Assembly (NCBI GenBank): GCA_963677495.2
Contig: CAXXOU010000003.1
Location: forward strand, 416,001-480,000
Source of the DNA: Candidatus Cloacimonadales bacterium
GTDB taxonomy: Bacteria; Cloacimonadota; Cloacimonadia; Cloacimonadales; JAFGVF01
Direction of reading: 5' to 3'
Length of the DNA stretch: 64,000 nucleotides
In this document: positions 29,025 through 38,622 of the stretch, one piece after another
Numbering within the stretch: position 1 is the first letter of the stretch
Layout of the letters: each line of letters opens with the position of its first letter
Notes under the pieces: model-generated
Told to the model about the DNA's origin: nothing
The model's input: only the letters and a program-made list of their open reading frames with translations
Database searches by the model: none
Position numbers and translations under genes: made by a program

Positions 29025-30302
29025 CTATTCATAAACAACTTTCAGAAGGATAAGTTTACGGTTAATATTAACTCTCTTTAAACCACCGTCAAGACCTGCT
29101 TCTTTGAAAGCTTTCTTGATTCCACGATAAACTTTACTTGATTTACCATATTTCTCAGCATCAGCCCATACGAGATAATCGATAGTCTGATCTGTTACGA
29201 TGTTTTCTTTTGATTTCTTAGACATCTCTTCAACAGCATCCATGAAAGCAAACTGAATCTCTTCAATCTCGTCCTCATCAAAACCAGTATCGATAGCTAC
29301 GATAACTTTATACTGAAGACCTTTAGCTAAATCTGTTTTCCAATAGTTATTAATTCTGTTAAGAACATTAGCGATTGGTTGACTTAAAGCTTCTTCGATA
29401 GAAACCATGATGTCACCTTTACGTTCTCTTGAATAACCAGTTTCTGTACCAAGAAGACGACCAGTTGTTGTTTCATAAGCACGAACCTGTACAGCAAATT
29501 TCTGTGCACCATAACCTGCTTCTTCAACTGAACCACTATAAGTGATATAAACGTCAGAACCGATAGATAAAGCTAATTGATAAGCATAATCTTCTTCCTG
29601 TCCACCAAGATCCATCTGAGCTTCATTAAGAGCATTGATTTGGTCCATCTGCTCTGGAACTGAAACTTCATATTGACGTGAAGTAAGATAACTTTCGATA
29701 ACTGAAGCTGAGTGTTTCACAGTAGGGTCATTTCTAAGCATTTCAACAGGATTCTGACCTTTGCTTGTAGCAGGAAGAACCATGATTACAGGATTTCCAA
29801 TAGAATCAGCAAGGTCACTTGATCCCATTACAACACCTTTAGCTGCAAGATCCTGCTTAAGGAGTCCTACATTAACTTTGTAACCTTTTGTGATTTTACG
29901 ACCTTTGCCACCATCGATAGAAACGCTTTTAAGCATCTTTGGTGATTCCCAAGAGATATACTTTGTTACGTTTGAACTTGATAAAAAGTCTTCAATTACA
30001 CTATCGAATTTAGATCTTTCATCTGCATTTGAAAGAAGTGGATCTGTTCCACCTGTAAGTACGAAGTATACAGCAGATTTTCTGCCATCTTCGAGAGCTC
30101 TTGTTACACCATTCTTTTCAACGTCTTTCTTAGCTTTTTTTGCTTTAGGAATACTTGATTTGTAAATACCGCTTGCCTGAACCATTACTTCTGATGAAGA
30201 AATTTGTTCTACGACTGATGCTTCCTTACAAACCGGAATTCCCGCCCATAAGCTAACAGACAATAAAGCTGCTATCATAACAACTAAAACTACTTTTTTC
30301 AT
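29025..30302 (-). CDS. Exported protein (DUF6175-like)
   Basis: Signal peptide; PVIMVLP, GSDVYI, VRAYETTTGRLLG motifs; GGAGG RBS. Confidence 0.5.
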   Translation of the reverse strand: MKKVVLVVMIAALLSVSLWAGIPVCKEASVVEQISSSEVMVQASGIYKSSIPKAKKAKKDVEKNGVTRALEDGRKSAVYFVLTGGTDPLLSNADERSKFDSVIEDFLSSSNVTKYISWESPKMLKSVSIDGGKGRKITKGYKVNVGLLKQDLAAKGVVMGSSDLADSIGNPVIMVLPATSKGQNPVEMLRNDPTVKHSASVIESYLTSRQYEVSVPEQMDQINALNEAQMDLGGQEEDYAYQLALSIGSDVYITYSGSVEEAGYGAQKFAVQVRAYETTTGRLLGTETGYSRERKGDIMVSIEEALSQPIANVLNRINNYWKTDLAKGLQYKVIVAIDTGFDEDEIEEIQFAFMDAVEEMSKKSKENIVTDQTIDYLVWADAEKYGKSSKVYRGIKKAFKEAGLDGGLKRVNINRKLILLKVVYE

Positions 30303-30488
30303 TTATAACCTCCATAATTATATACAGACTGTAGTAATTTCTTCTTATAACTATTGATATTAGTTTTTGTCAAGCTTTCTGTCAGCAACAAAACTAGATG
30401 TTTATTTATGATATTGCAAATGAATTAGTAAGAAGGAACATTTTTTAGAAATAAATGACAGAATCAGATTCATTAATTTGCGTTATCG

Positions 30489-30520
30489 AAAATAGGGTAC
30501 CAATTTCTTGGTACCCTATT
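30489..30520 (-). terminator. Intrinsic terminator
   Basis: AATAGGGTACCAA-tttc-TTGGTACCCTATT perfect hairpin downstream of the 30537 stop. Confidence 0.75.
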
Positions 30521-30536
30521 ACTATTGCTTAAATCT

Positions 30537-32848
30537 CTATTTCATCAACACCATTTTGCCTGTTGCTTTTTGATTTCCAGAGGAGACTTTATAAAAATAA
30601 ATTCCACTAGTCACAGGTTGATTGTTTGAATCTGTTCCATTCCAATTAACGGTATGCGTTCCTGCCAAATAGTTTTGATTTGTAAGTTCAACTATCTCTT
30701 GTCCAAGAATATTAAACACTGTCAATTTTACATTACCTGCTTTAGGGACTGTAAAACTTATTGAAGTGTCTGGATTAAAAGGATTCGGATAATTAGATGT
30801 TATTAAGTTATTTGGTATCCTGGGATTTGTATCCTCTTCATTCGGTACATGTTCTAGCGAAATAAACATTTCTACATCATCAACATACAAAGCTGCTACA
30901 CCATTGGTTGTTGCTTGAATAGCAAACCTTACTTGCTCAGTTTCTGGAATAGGAACCTGTGCTTCAAACAGAGTCCAATTAGTATCTACAAGTATCGGTG
31001 TAAGGTGAGTTGGAACAAAACTAAAGTCGTTTGGATCTAAACTACCGTCTGAGTATTTAAGATTCATTATTGCTCTGGACTCTCCCTCAAGAATATGACT
31101 CTTGGCATAAAATTTTACATCAAGAGAATCAAGATCTCCAATGTAGAATTGTGGTGTATCTAGGAGTGGAGAGATCAACCAGTCATTTGTGTCACCATTC
31201 TGTGCAGGGAATGATACTGCCATCTTTTGTCCGAAATGTGGATTAGTGCCTGCAACAAGCGGATTCACCTGGAATGGGTTTAAGACCATAAATCCTTTTA
31301 ACTCTCCATCATTTGGGAATGTTGAACCTTCATATGTTGTAGTAAAATCCTGATCTAAATCTAAAGTTACCCATGGTGTAAACTCAGTATCGAATGAAGT
31401 ATTCTCCTCAAAACTATCATTCAAATAACTAACTCTGTCTGTGTCTAAAAAATGAATCTTAGTATTAGGCAAGTAATACCTTGCTTCTCCAACCGGTGGA
31501 TATGCAATAGAAGGGACAATAGAGTTGGATGAGTAGTGTAAACTTCTAGTTGTTGATGTGGAAGTACATCTAAAATTATCAGCATTAGTTTCATGCAGAT
31601 TCGTATCCTCAATAAACGCTATAACAACATGTCTGTCATCTTCCAACACAAACGCCTGATCAAGTTCTATCTTTAGCCATGTATGCGAATCTACACTATT
31701 TACAATACCATCAAAAACAAGAGTCAAATCCTCTTCAGGAACCCATGATGTAGTACTCCAGAAGAACTCATCTTCAGTATATCCCATATATATCTGAACA
31801 TGATTTGAAAATAGTGAATAACCGGTCCAGAAATATGATAGTGCAGTAATAACATCACCCCTTGCAACTTCAACATCATGATATATTGATTGAGTATAGC
31901 TATATCTATCTTGCGGTTCCCATGGGAATCCTCCTAAGACTGACATACCGGTTCCAACTGTCATTATACTCTCATTGTCTTCAACAGTAAACGATTTAAC
32001 ACCAGTAGTAGTTGTTCCATGGGCATTCTGAGCATCTATCTTGTAATAATAAGTTACAGTTTGCTGTAGCATACCACCTAATTCACTATTAGATAATGTT
32101 TCTATTGCCGGTCCCATATACAAGATCTCAAGATCATCTTCTTCAGTTCCGAAGTATACTACATTTGACTGGGTTGAAGAGCCGTTTTGCCAGTATAATC
32201 CTGAAGTTTTATGAACATCATATGAGTTATTAACAGGATATAAATCAAAAGGCACAACAGGTGCTGTAGCTTCATAGTAATACATTCTAATCGATGGCAC
32301 TCGATTAAGGACAATACCTTGTGTCGCTGGAAATGAATTATCACTATTTCGATACTTAAGTCTTGGATTCATATAAGTATTTTTATGATAAAATACCGGA
32401 CAGCTCCATTAAAATGACCATCCTCATTAACCCAGATTATACTTAATGAATGGATACCATCGTAAGTATATGGAGTATCTAAGGTAATATTATTCCAGTT
32501 ACCATTGAATGCAATATTACCTTCAAACACAAGGTCATAACCGCTACTCTCAGGGGCAGGATAGTTACTATTATCAAAAATCGTATCTACAATTGTCTTC
32601 ATATAGATTTTCTGATTCATGAAAGTATAGAAACTAGGATTGTTACTTACGTTATATGCTATCTGATAAATAACTTTTGATTCACCTATCTCATCTTGTC
32701 GATAGATTGATTGAGACCAACCATAATCGCAGACACCACATACAGGTGTATCATAAGTCGTTGTATCTTCGGCACCTATCTCTACATAAAGTGCATTTAA
32801 GAAAATCGTAGATAATAATAGTGTAATAAATATAAGATGTCTTTTCAT
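30537..32848 (-). pseudogene. Secreted T9SS-type (CTD) protein split by a frameshift near 32370-32410 (ORFs 32369-32848 and 30537-32372)
   Basis: The upstream ORF has the signal peptide. The downstream ORF has a second copy of the same domain (SQSIY/TQSIY...KIYM/QIYM...LVFEG/LVFDG), a cleaved-adhesin-like domain (DWLISP) and the CTD SNYPNPFNP...TSGIYFY...KMVLMK. The -1 frame reads SCPVFYHKNTYMNPRL across the junction. Confidence 0.65.
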
Positions 32849-32850
32849 TG

Positions 32851-33567
32851 TTATCCTCTCAACTCACTATTAAATAGTTCTTCTAATCCCTCTGATGCTT
32901 TCAATTTCAGGTGAAGATCATAAAGAACAGACATATCAGTTGTTTCAGGATTTATCTCAATGCAGTATGCACCATTTTGCTTTGCATACCTTGGCATTCC
33001 CGCTGCAGGCCACACTACAGCTGACGTACCTATACTGATAAATAAATCCGCATTTTGAACAGTTTCAACTGCTCGATTAATTACATTTTCATTTAAACAA
33101 TCCTCAAACCAGACTATATCAGGTCTTAAAAGAGAATTACACTTCCCACATCTATAGCTTTTATAAGTACTATTTTCTCTGTCATCTATTAATCCATGCT
33201 TAGGACATCTCAATCTCCAATGACTACCATGGAGTTCTATTACATTTTCACTTCCGGCTTTCTGATGCATACCATCAATGTTTTGTGTAACTATAGACAC
33301 ATTAAACTCTTGCTCTAGTTTGCTTATAATTTCATGCCCTGCATGTGGTTGACAATCAATTATCAACCCTCTACGCATCTCATGGAACTTAAGAACTTTC
33401 ATAGGGTTTCTGTCATAAGCTCGCTGGCAAGCATACTCCTGCCAATTGTACTCGTGCCAAAGTCCTCCCTTTCCCCGATATGTAAACACACCGGACTCAG
33501 CGGACATTCCTGCCCCTGTAAAGAAAACAATTGATTTGTACTCACCCAATGACTTCGGAAAATCCAT
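32851..33567 (-). CDS. cobB: NAD-dependent protein deacylase (Sir2/CobB)
   Basis: TGAGMSAESG, TQNIDGMH, ELHGS, Zn-ribbon CxxH/CxxC, RPDIVWF, GTSAVVWPAA; start at 33567 (GGAG RBS). Confidence 0.9.
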   Translation of the reverse strand: MDFPKSLGEYKSIVFFTGAGMSAESGVFTYRGKGGLWHEYNWQEYACQRAYDRNPMKVLKFHEMRRGLIIDCQPHAGHEIISKLEQEFNVSIVTQNIDGMHQKAGSENVIELHGSHWRLRCPKHGLIDDRENSTYKSYRCGKCNSLLRPDIVWFEDCLNENVINRAVETVQNADLFISIGTSAVVWPAAGMPRYAKQNGAYCIEINPETTDMSVLYDLHLKLKASEGLEELFNSELRG

Positions 33568-33574
33568 AGATGCT

Positions 33575-35116
33575 TTAACTCCAATACTTTTTATCCAATG
33601 ATCTATACTGTATAGCTTCACTAATAAAATCGGGTTTTATATCCTTTTCCCCACTTAAATCAGCTATAGTACGTGCCACCTTCAATATTCTATCGTAAAC
33701 TCTTGCTGAGAAACCTGAATAGTCAATAGCTTTTTTTATTAAAATATGACATTCTTCATCTAAGATGCAATATTTTCTCAGCATTTTAGAGCTCATTTGG
33801 GCATTACAAAAGATGTTATCACCTTTAAAGCGATCTAACTGTATCTGTCTCGCTTTATTCACTCTTTCTCTGATATGTATCGATTTTTCTCCAGCAGGCT
33901 TAGATTTAAGCTCCTGGTAACTAACAGCAGGCACCTCAATATGAATATCTATTCTATCAAGCAATGGACCTGATATCCTAGCTCGATATCTTGTTATCAT
34001 AGGATAAGTACAATTGCATGTATGACCCGGTATTGAACAACCGAAATAGCCACAAGGACAGGGATTCATCGATGCTATCATCATGAACTGAGCCGGGAAC
34101 GCAAGACTCTGAGCTGCTCTGGAAATGGATACAATCCCATCTTCCAAAGGCTGTCGTAGCACTTCAAGAGCATTCTTCTTGAATTCAGGCAATTCATCCA
34201 AAAACAGAACTCCATTATGCGCTAAGGAAACTTCACCCGGTTTAGGAAAAGCACCACCACCAATTAACGCGATATCACTAACAGTGTGATGTGGTGACCT
34301 GAATGGTCTTGATGTAACTATTCCCTCTTTCATCTGGGAAGACAAACCGGAAACAGAGTGAATCTTTGTTGTTTCGATTGCTTCTTCCAATGTTAAATCA
34401 GGTAGAATAGTTGGTAACCTTCTTGCTAGCATTGTCTTTCCGGAGCCCGGAGGACCTACCATTATTAGATTATGTCCACCTGCAGCAGCAACCTCCAATG
34501 CTCGTTTTGAGAAATACTGCCCCTTTACATCATACATATCTACATTGAATGAGTTTAAACTATTAAACAGCTTTGTCTTATCTATGTGGTAGGGTTCTAT
34601 TTTGATTCCACCTTCAATGAACTGTACAGCTTCGATAAGTGAATCTACAGGATAAACATCCAATCCCTCAACAATAGCTGCTTCTTTCGCATTTTCAGAT
34701 GGAACAATCAACCCTCTTATGTTCTCTTTTGCAGCTTGAACAGCTATTGGCAAGACACCTTTCACCGGACGCAATGAACCATCAAGTGAGAGTTCTCCAA
34801 TAAGTGCATATTCATTAAGTCTTTGGGGTGCCATCACTTTCAAAGTTGTTAGCAAAGAGATTGCAATAGGTAAATCTAATGCCGAACCGTCCTTCTTCAC
34901 ATCAGCGGGAGCTAAGTTAATCGTATATTTAAGATTAGGTACTCGCCAACCACTATTTCTAATGGCTGCACATACTCTGTCCTTACTCTCCTTTACACTA
35001 TTTGTTGCCATTCCCACAATAGTGAATTGAGTTTGTCCTCCTCTGGAATCACTCTCAATTGTAATCCTGATCGCATCAATGCCTATGGTTGTATATGAAA
35101 CTGCCCTTCCTAACAT
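33575..35116 (-). CDS. comM: YifB/ComM Mg-chelatase-like AAA ATPase
   Basis: INLAPADVKKDG, GPPGSGKT, PFRSPHH, GVLFLDELPEF, NPCPCG, SGPLLDRIDI. Confidence 0.9.
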   Translation of the reverse strand: MLGRAVSYTTIGIDAIRITIESDSRGGQTQFTIVGMATNSVKESKDRVCAAIRNSGWRVPNLKYTINLAPADVKKDGSALDLPIAISLLTTLKVMAPQRLNEYALIGELSLDGSLRPVKGVLPIAVQAAKENIRGLIVPSENAKEAAIVEGLDVYPVDSLIEAVQFIEGGIKIEPYHIDKTKLFNSLNSFNVDMYDVKGQYFSKRALEVAAAGGHNLIMVGPPGSGKTMLARRLPTILPDLTLEEAIETTKIHSVSGLSSQMKEGIVTSRPFRSPHHTVSDIALIGGGAFPKPGEVSLAHNGVLFLDELPEFKKNALEVLRQPLEDGIVSISRAAQSLAFPAQFMMIASMNPCPCGYFGCSIPGHTCNCTYPMITRYRARISGPLLDRIDIHIEVPAVSYQELKSKPAGEKSIHIRERVNKARQIQLDRFKGDNIFCNAQMSSKMLRKYCILDEECHILIKKAIDYSGFSARVYDRILKVARTIADLSGEKDIKPDFISEAIQYRSLDKKYWS

Positions 35117-35138
35117 AATACCTCCTGGTACTTCTGTT

Positions 35139-36413
35139 TTACTCCTTTTTTAGTTTACTCCACCATTTAAGACGTTTCTCAATCTCTTTCTCGAATCCAA
35201 ACTCTGAAGGCACATAGAACTCCTGTTCCTCCATCTTATCCGGGAAACACTTTTGATACGCATATGCATTTTTGTAAGCATGGGCATATTTGTATTCTTT
35301 ACTATATCCTAAATCTTTCATCAACTTAGTTGGGGCATTTCTTAAATGCAAAGGCACTCCCATAGTGCTTGTCTTCTTTGCTAACTCTGCTGCCTGTTTG
35401 TAGGCGGTATAACAAGCATTGCTCTTGGGTGCAGTAGCAAGATAAACAACAAGCTGAGTAAGGGCAACATTTGATTCCGGCATTCCAAGCATCTTGATTG
35501 TATCTTTGACTGCAATTGCTTGAAGCAAGGCATTCGGATCTGCCAATCCCACATCTTCGGAAGCAAACCTAATCAACCTTCTGACTAAATACATTGGGTC
35601 TTCACCAGCCTCCAACATACGCGCAAGCCAATAAATACCGGCCTGAGCGTCGCTACCACGTAAAGATTTATGCAATGCTGAGACAAGATTATAATGCTCC
35701 TCCCTATTCTTATCATAAAACATTGCTTTTCTTGTGAGAATTTTACTAATCAATTCAAGTTCTGGTTCATCTTCACTACGAAGATAAGGCAGGATAGCAT
35801 CAAGATAGTTCATCACCTGCCTGCCATCTCCCCCGCTTACATCCGCAAGATAAGCAACTATTTCATCAGAAGCTGTCACTTCCAGCTTATCAAGTGCTTG
35901 TTTGATAATCTCGGTTAAGCTTTCAACAGTGTGCATCTCAAGCACGAAAACATGACATCTTGATAACAATGCAGGAATCACTTCAAAAGATGGATTCTCT
36001 GTAGTTGCACCAATAAGGATGATAGCACCTGACTCTACAAATGGTAGAAAGGCATCTTGTTGTGACTTGTTAAATCTATGGATTTCATCAATGAATAGTA
36101 TCGTACTCTTCTTATGTACTTTGAAATGGTAATCAGCTTCCTGCATCACCTGACGCACCTCTTTGATTCCGGAAAGCACAGCACTAAAATAAATAAAGTC
36201 CTGCTCACAGCTCTTCTCTACAAGCTTTGCAATCGTAGTCTTCCCACATCCGGGTGGTCCCCAAAGAATAAATGAGCTGTATTTACCCGTATCAAGCATC
36301 TGCCTGAGTAAAGAACCTGACTCCAGAATCTTGTTCTGACCCTTGATCTCTTCAAGTTCTACAGGACGCATACGCTCAGCCAATGGTACATTTCTATCTA
36401 ATTTTTGTGACAT
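35139..36413 (-). CDS. rarA: Replication-associated recombination protein A
   Basis: [62 protein letters not shown]; start moved to MSQKL (36413). Confidence 0.93.
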   Translation of the reverse strand: MSQKLDRNVPLAERMRPVELEEIKGQNKILESGSLLRQMLDTGKYSSFILWGPPGCGKTTIAKLVEKSCEQDFIYFSAVLSGIKEVRQVMQEADYHFKVHKKSTILFIDEIHRFNKSQQDAFLPFVESGAIILIGATTENPSFEVIPALLSRCHVFVLEMHTVESLTEIIKQALDKLEVTASDEIVAYLADVSGGDGRQVMNYLDAILPYLRSEDEPELELISKILTRKAMFYDKNREEHYNLVSALHKSLRGSDAQAGIYWLARMLEAGEDPMYLVRRLIRFASEDVGLADPNALLQAIAVKDTIKMLGMPESNVALTQLVVYLATAPKSNACYTAYKQAAELAKKTSTMGVPLHLRNAPTKLMKDLGYSKEYKYAHAYKNAYAYQKCFPDKMEEQEFYVPSEFGFEKEIEKRLKWWSKLKKE

Positions 36414-36582
36414 ATTCAAACAAAATATGAAAGCATAAAAAAGTCCAGTTTTCTTTCTGTGTGTACTAGTTTCCTCTGCTATAAACCTTTGGATTAACCT
36501 GTCGTCCATCACCACTTTGAAGATCTGCTATCCGAACCTTTGAAATGTTCAAAAACCTTACAAATGTACAAATCTAAGGAAG

Positions 36583-36625
36583 AAACACCCCACCGTTAAA
36601 ACGGTACCCCTCCAAGAAGGGAATT
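36583..36625. repeat. REP-like double-hairpin element
   Basis: ACACCCC-ACCGTTAAAACGGT-ACCCCTCCAAGAAGGGAATT: nested small hairpins in intergenic DNA. Confidence 0.4.
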
Positions 36626-36730
36626 GTGCTTAGCTCGCAAAACAGACAAGCTGGCAACATCACCTACGAGGTCACCGTTTGCAAGGTTTTCAACCATTCC
36701 AAAGGTGAGTGGCTGGCTTGTTCTACTGAT

Positions 36731-36903
36731 TACTCTTTCCTTCATCTTCCAGCAGTAATTCTTGGTAGACACTTGGTAAACCCTTGGCAAACACTTGGCC
36801 TATTCTTGGCCTAATTGCCAAGATTTAACCAACTTATCACCAGGATAAAACCAATTTTATATCACTAATTACTGCTGAGAGAAGCGATGTGGATAAGAGT
36901 AGT
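36731..36903. repeat. Inverted-repeat element with five CTTGG motifs at exact 11-bp spacing
   Basis: CAGCAGTAATT...AATTACTGCTG inverted repeat; CTTGG at 36761, 36772, 36783, 36794, 36805. Confidence 0.6.
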
Positions 36904-37006
36904 AATGGACAAAAGTCTGAAATCCACAAGCGATTCAAGGGATGACACCTGGTTCTACCAGACTTTTGAACACAAAAGCCCATAAATATCAGTTTGTGAT
37001 GATACA

Positions 37007-37256
37007 TGTCACCCTGAGCGGAGTTCAATGTAGTGAAACGAAATGAACGAAGTCGATAGGGTCGCTCGGATGACTTTAGTGGATTAACGTTCAGAGTATT
37101 GACTTATCTTTAGTTTTAGCTTCAGGGATAAGCTCATCTTAAGCTGGGAGACTAAAGTTTTCGGAGAGGTAAATAGTTGCTCGCCTTCGGCAAGCGAGCT
37201 CCTCCCGATGGTCGTCGGTTCGACTTCATTCGTACCTCATTTCGCTCAAGATGACA
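37007..37256. repeat. REP-like palindromic element (TGTCAYCYTGAGCG ... CGCTCAAGATGACA) with nested hairpins
   Basis: Terminal inverted repeat 37007-37020 / 37243-37256; internal GAAGTCGA/TCGACTTC and GCTCGC...GCGAGC hairpins. Confidence 0.55.
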
Positions 37257-37413
37257 GCAGGATACTCGAACTTGTTAAAGCTACGACTTGATAAATCTTC
37301 TCGACAGGTGTTCTCAAAAGAGTCGTGCTTTGTGTTACTTTCACCTAAAAAGATAAATTACTTTACATGAAACAGCTCATAATGATAATAGAATGTTTGC
37401 AAAGAGGTGAATT

Positions 37414-38622
37414 ATGATAATTAAAACTAATATATTGAACCCAATTGATAGAGAGACCTGTGAGTATAAGAGAGATGTTTATCTTACTCTAGCAGGAGGA
37501 AAGATAATATCAATAACAGATAGAATATCCGGTAAATTACCATATCATGACTACAGTGAATTTATATGTCTTCCTGGGATGATCGATTGTCATACTCATC
37601 TTTCACAATGGCGTATTAGAGGACGTTATAAAGATAACCTACTGGAGTGGTTGGATAGTTATGTGTTTCCAGAAGAGGGAAGATCATTTAATCCTGAATT
37701 TGCCAGAAAAACAGCTATAGATTTCTTTAGAAATCTGATATTGAACGGTACTACTACTGCTGCTGTTTATGTCTCAGCCTCTAAACTAGCTACTGAAATT
37801 GCCTTTGAAGAGGGAGTTAAATCAGGACTTAGACTCATCATGGGACAGGTTCAAATGGATAGAAATGCACCAGATTACCTACTACAAGATACAGAAGAAA
37901 GTCTGACTGATGCTGAGGAGCTTTGCCATAAATGGAACCAATTCACACCATTGATGCATTATGCCTTTACTCCTAGATTTGCTATAACATGTACAGGAGA
38001 ACTGATGAGTGGAATTAGTACTCTATCTGAAAAATATCATGCAAGAATTCAAACTCATCTTTCCGAGAATCTTAATGAACTGAAGAAAGTTGAAGAACTG
38101 TTCCCTGACTGTGAGAATTACACAGAAGTGTATGATAAGCATGGTTTGGTTACACCTCGAACTATCTTTGGTCATGCAATCCACTTATATGACTCAGAGG
38201 TTAAACTCTTAGCTGAGAAGGGAGCTAGAATTGCTCATTGTCCTGACTCGAACTTCTTTCTAAACTCAGGTCAATTCAAACTGGATAGGTTACAGAGTGC
38301 AGGTTTAGAGATTGGTCTTGCTTCTGATGTTGCAGCAGGAACTACATTGGACATGTTCTACCATCAGCGAATGATGCTTTATAGACAAAACACAGGGTTG
38401 TTAAGGCTCCCAGAGCTGTTCTATACTGCTACTTTAGGTGGAGCTAGAGCACTTAACCTCGAAGAGGAGACAGGCTCAATAACTGTTGGTAAGTCTGCTG
38501 ATTTAATCTTCATGGATATTAAGAACACAAAGAATGCTGATAGTATTCTTTCGGAGTTAATCTTTATATCACCATATCCATCTGTAAGCAAAGTAATGGT
38601 GGCAGGAAAAGAGGTTACTTAA
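37414..38622 (+). CDS. guaD: Guanine deaminase
   Basis: PGMIDCHTHLSQ, LLEWL...FPEE, GTTTA, TPRFAITC, QTHLSEN, HCPDSNFFLNSG, SDVAAG. Confidence 0.88.
   Translation: MIIKTNILNPIDRETCEYKRDVYLTLAGGKIISITDRISGKLPYHDYSEFICLPGMIDCHTHLSQWRIRGRYKDNLLEWLDSYVFPEEGRSFNPEFARKTAIDFFRNLILNGTTTAAVYVSASKLATEIAFEEGVKSGLRLIMGQVQMDRNAPDYLLQDTEESLTDAEELCHKWNQFTPLMHYAFTPRFAITCTGELMSGISTLSEKYHARIQTHLSENLNELKKVEELFPDCENYTEVYDKHGLVTPRTIFGHAIHLYDSEVKLLAEKGARIAHCPDSNFFLNSGQFKLDRLQSAGLEIGLASDVAAGTTLDMFYHQRMMLYRQNTGLLRLPELFYTATLGGARALNLEEETGSITVGKSADLIFMDIKNTKNADSILSELIFISPYPSVSKVMVAGKEVT

Noticed and set aside
32369..32410. Programmed -1 ribosomal frameshift
   Set aside because: No canonical slippery heptamer or obvious downstream stimulatory structure in the overlap window.
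32851..33567. Sir2-based defence system (Thoeris/DSR)
   Set aside because: Canonical short CobB with a Zn ribbon in a housekeeping context, with no TIR or other defence partner.
36761..36815. CRISPR array
   Set aside because: Units are 11 bp with no unique 25-45 bp spacers, and there are no cas genes.
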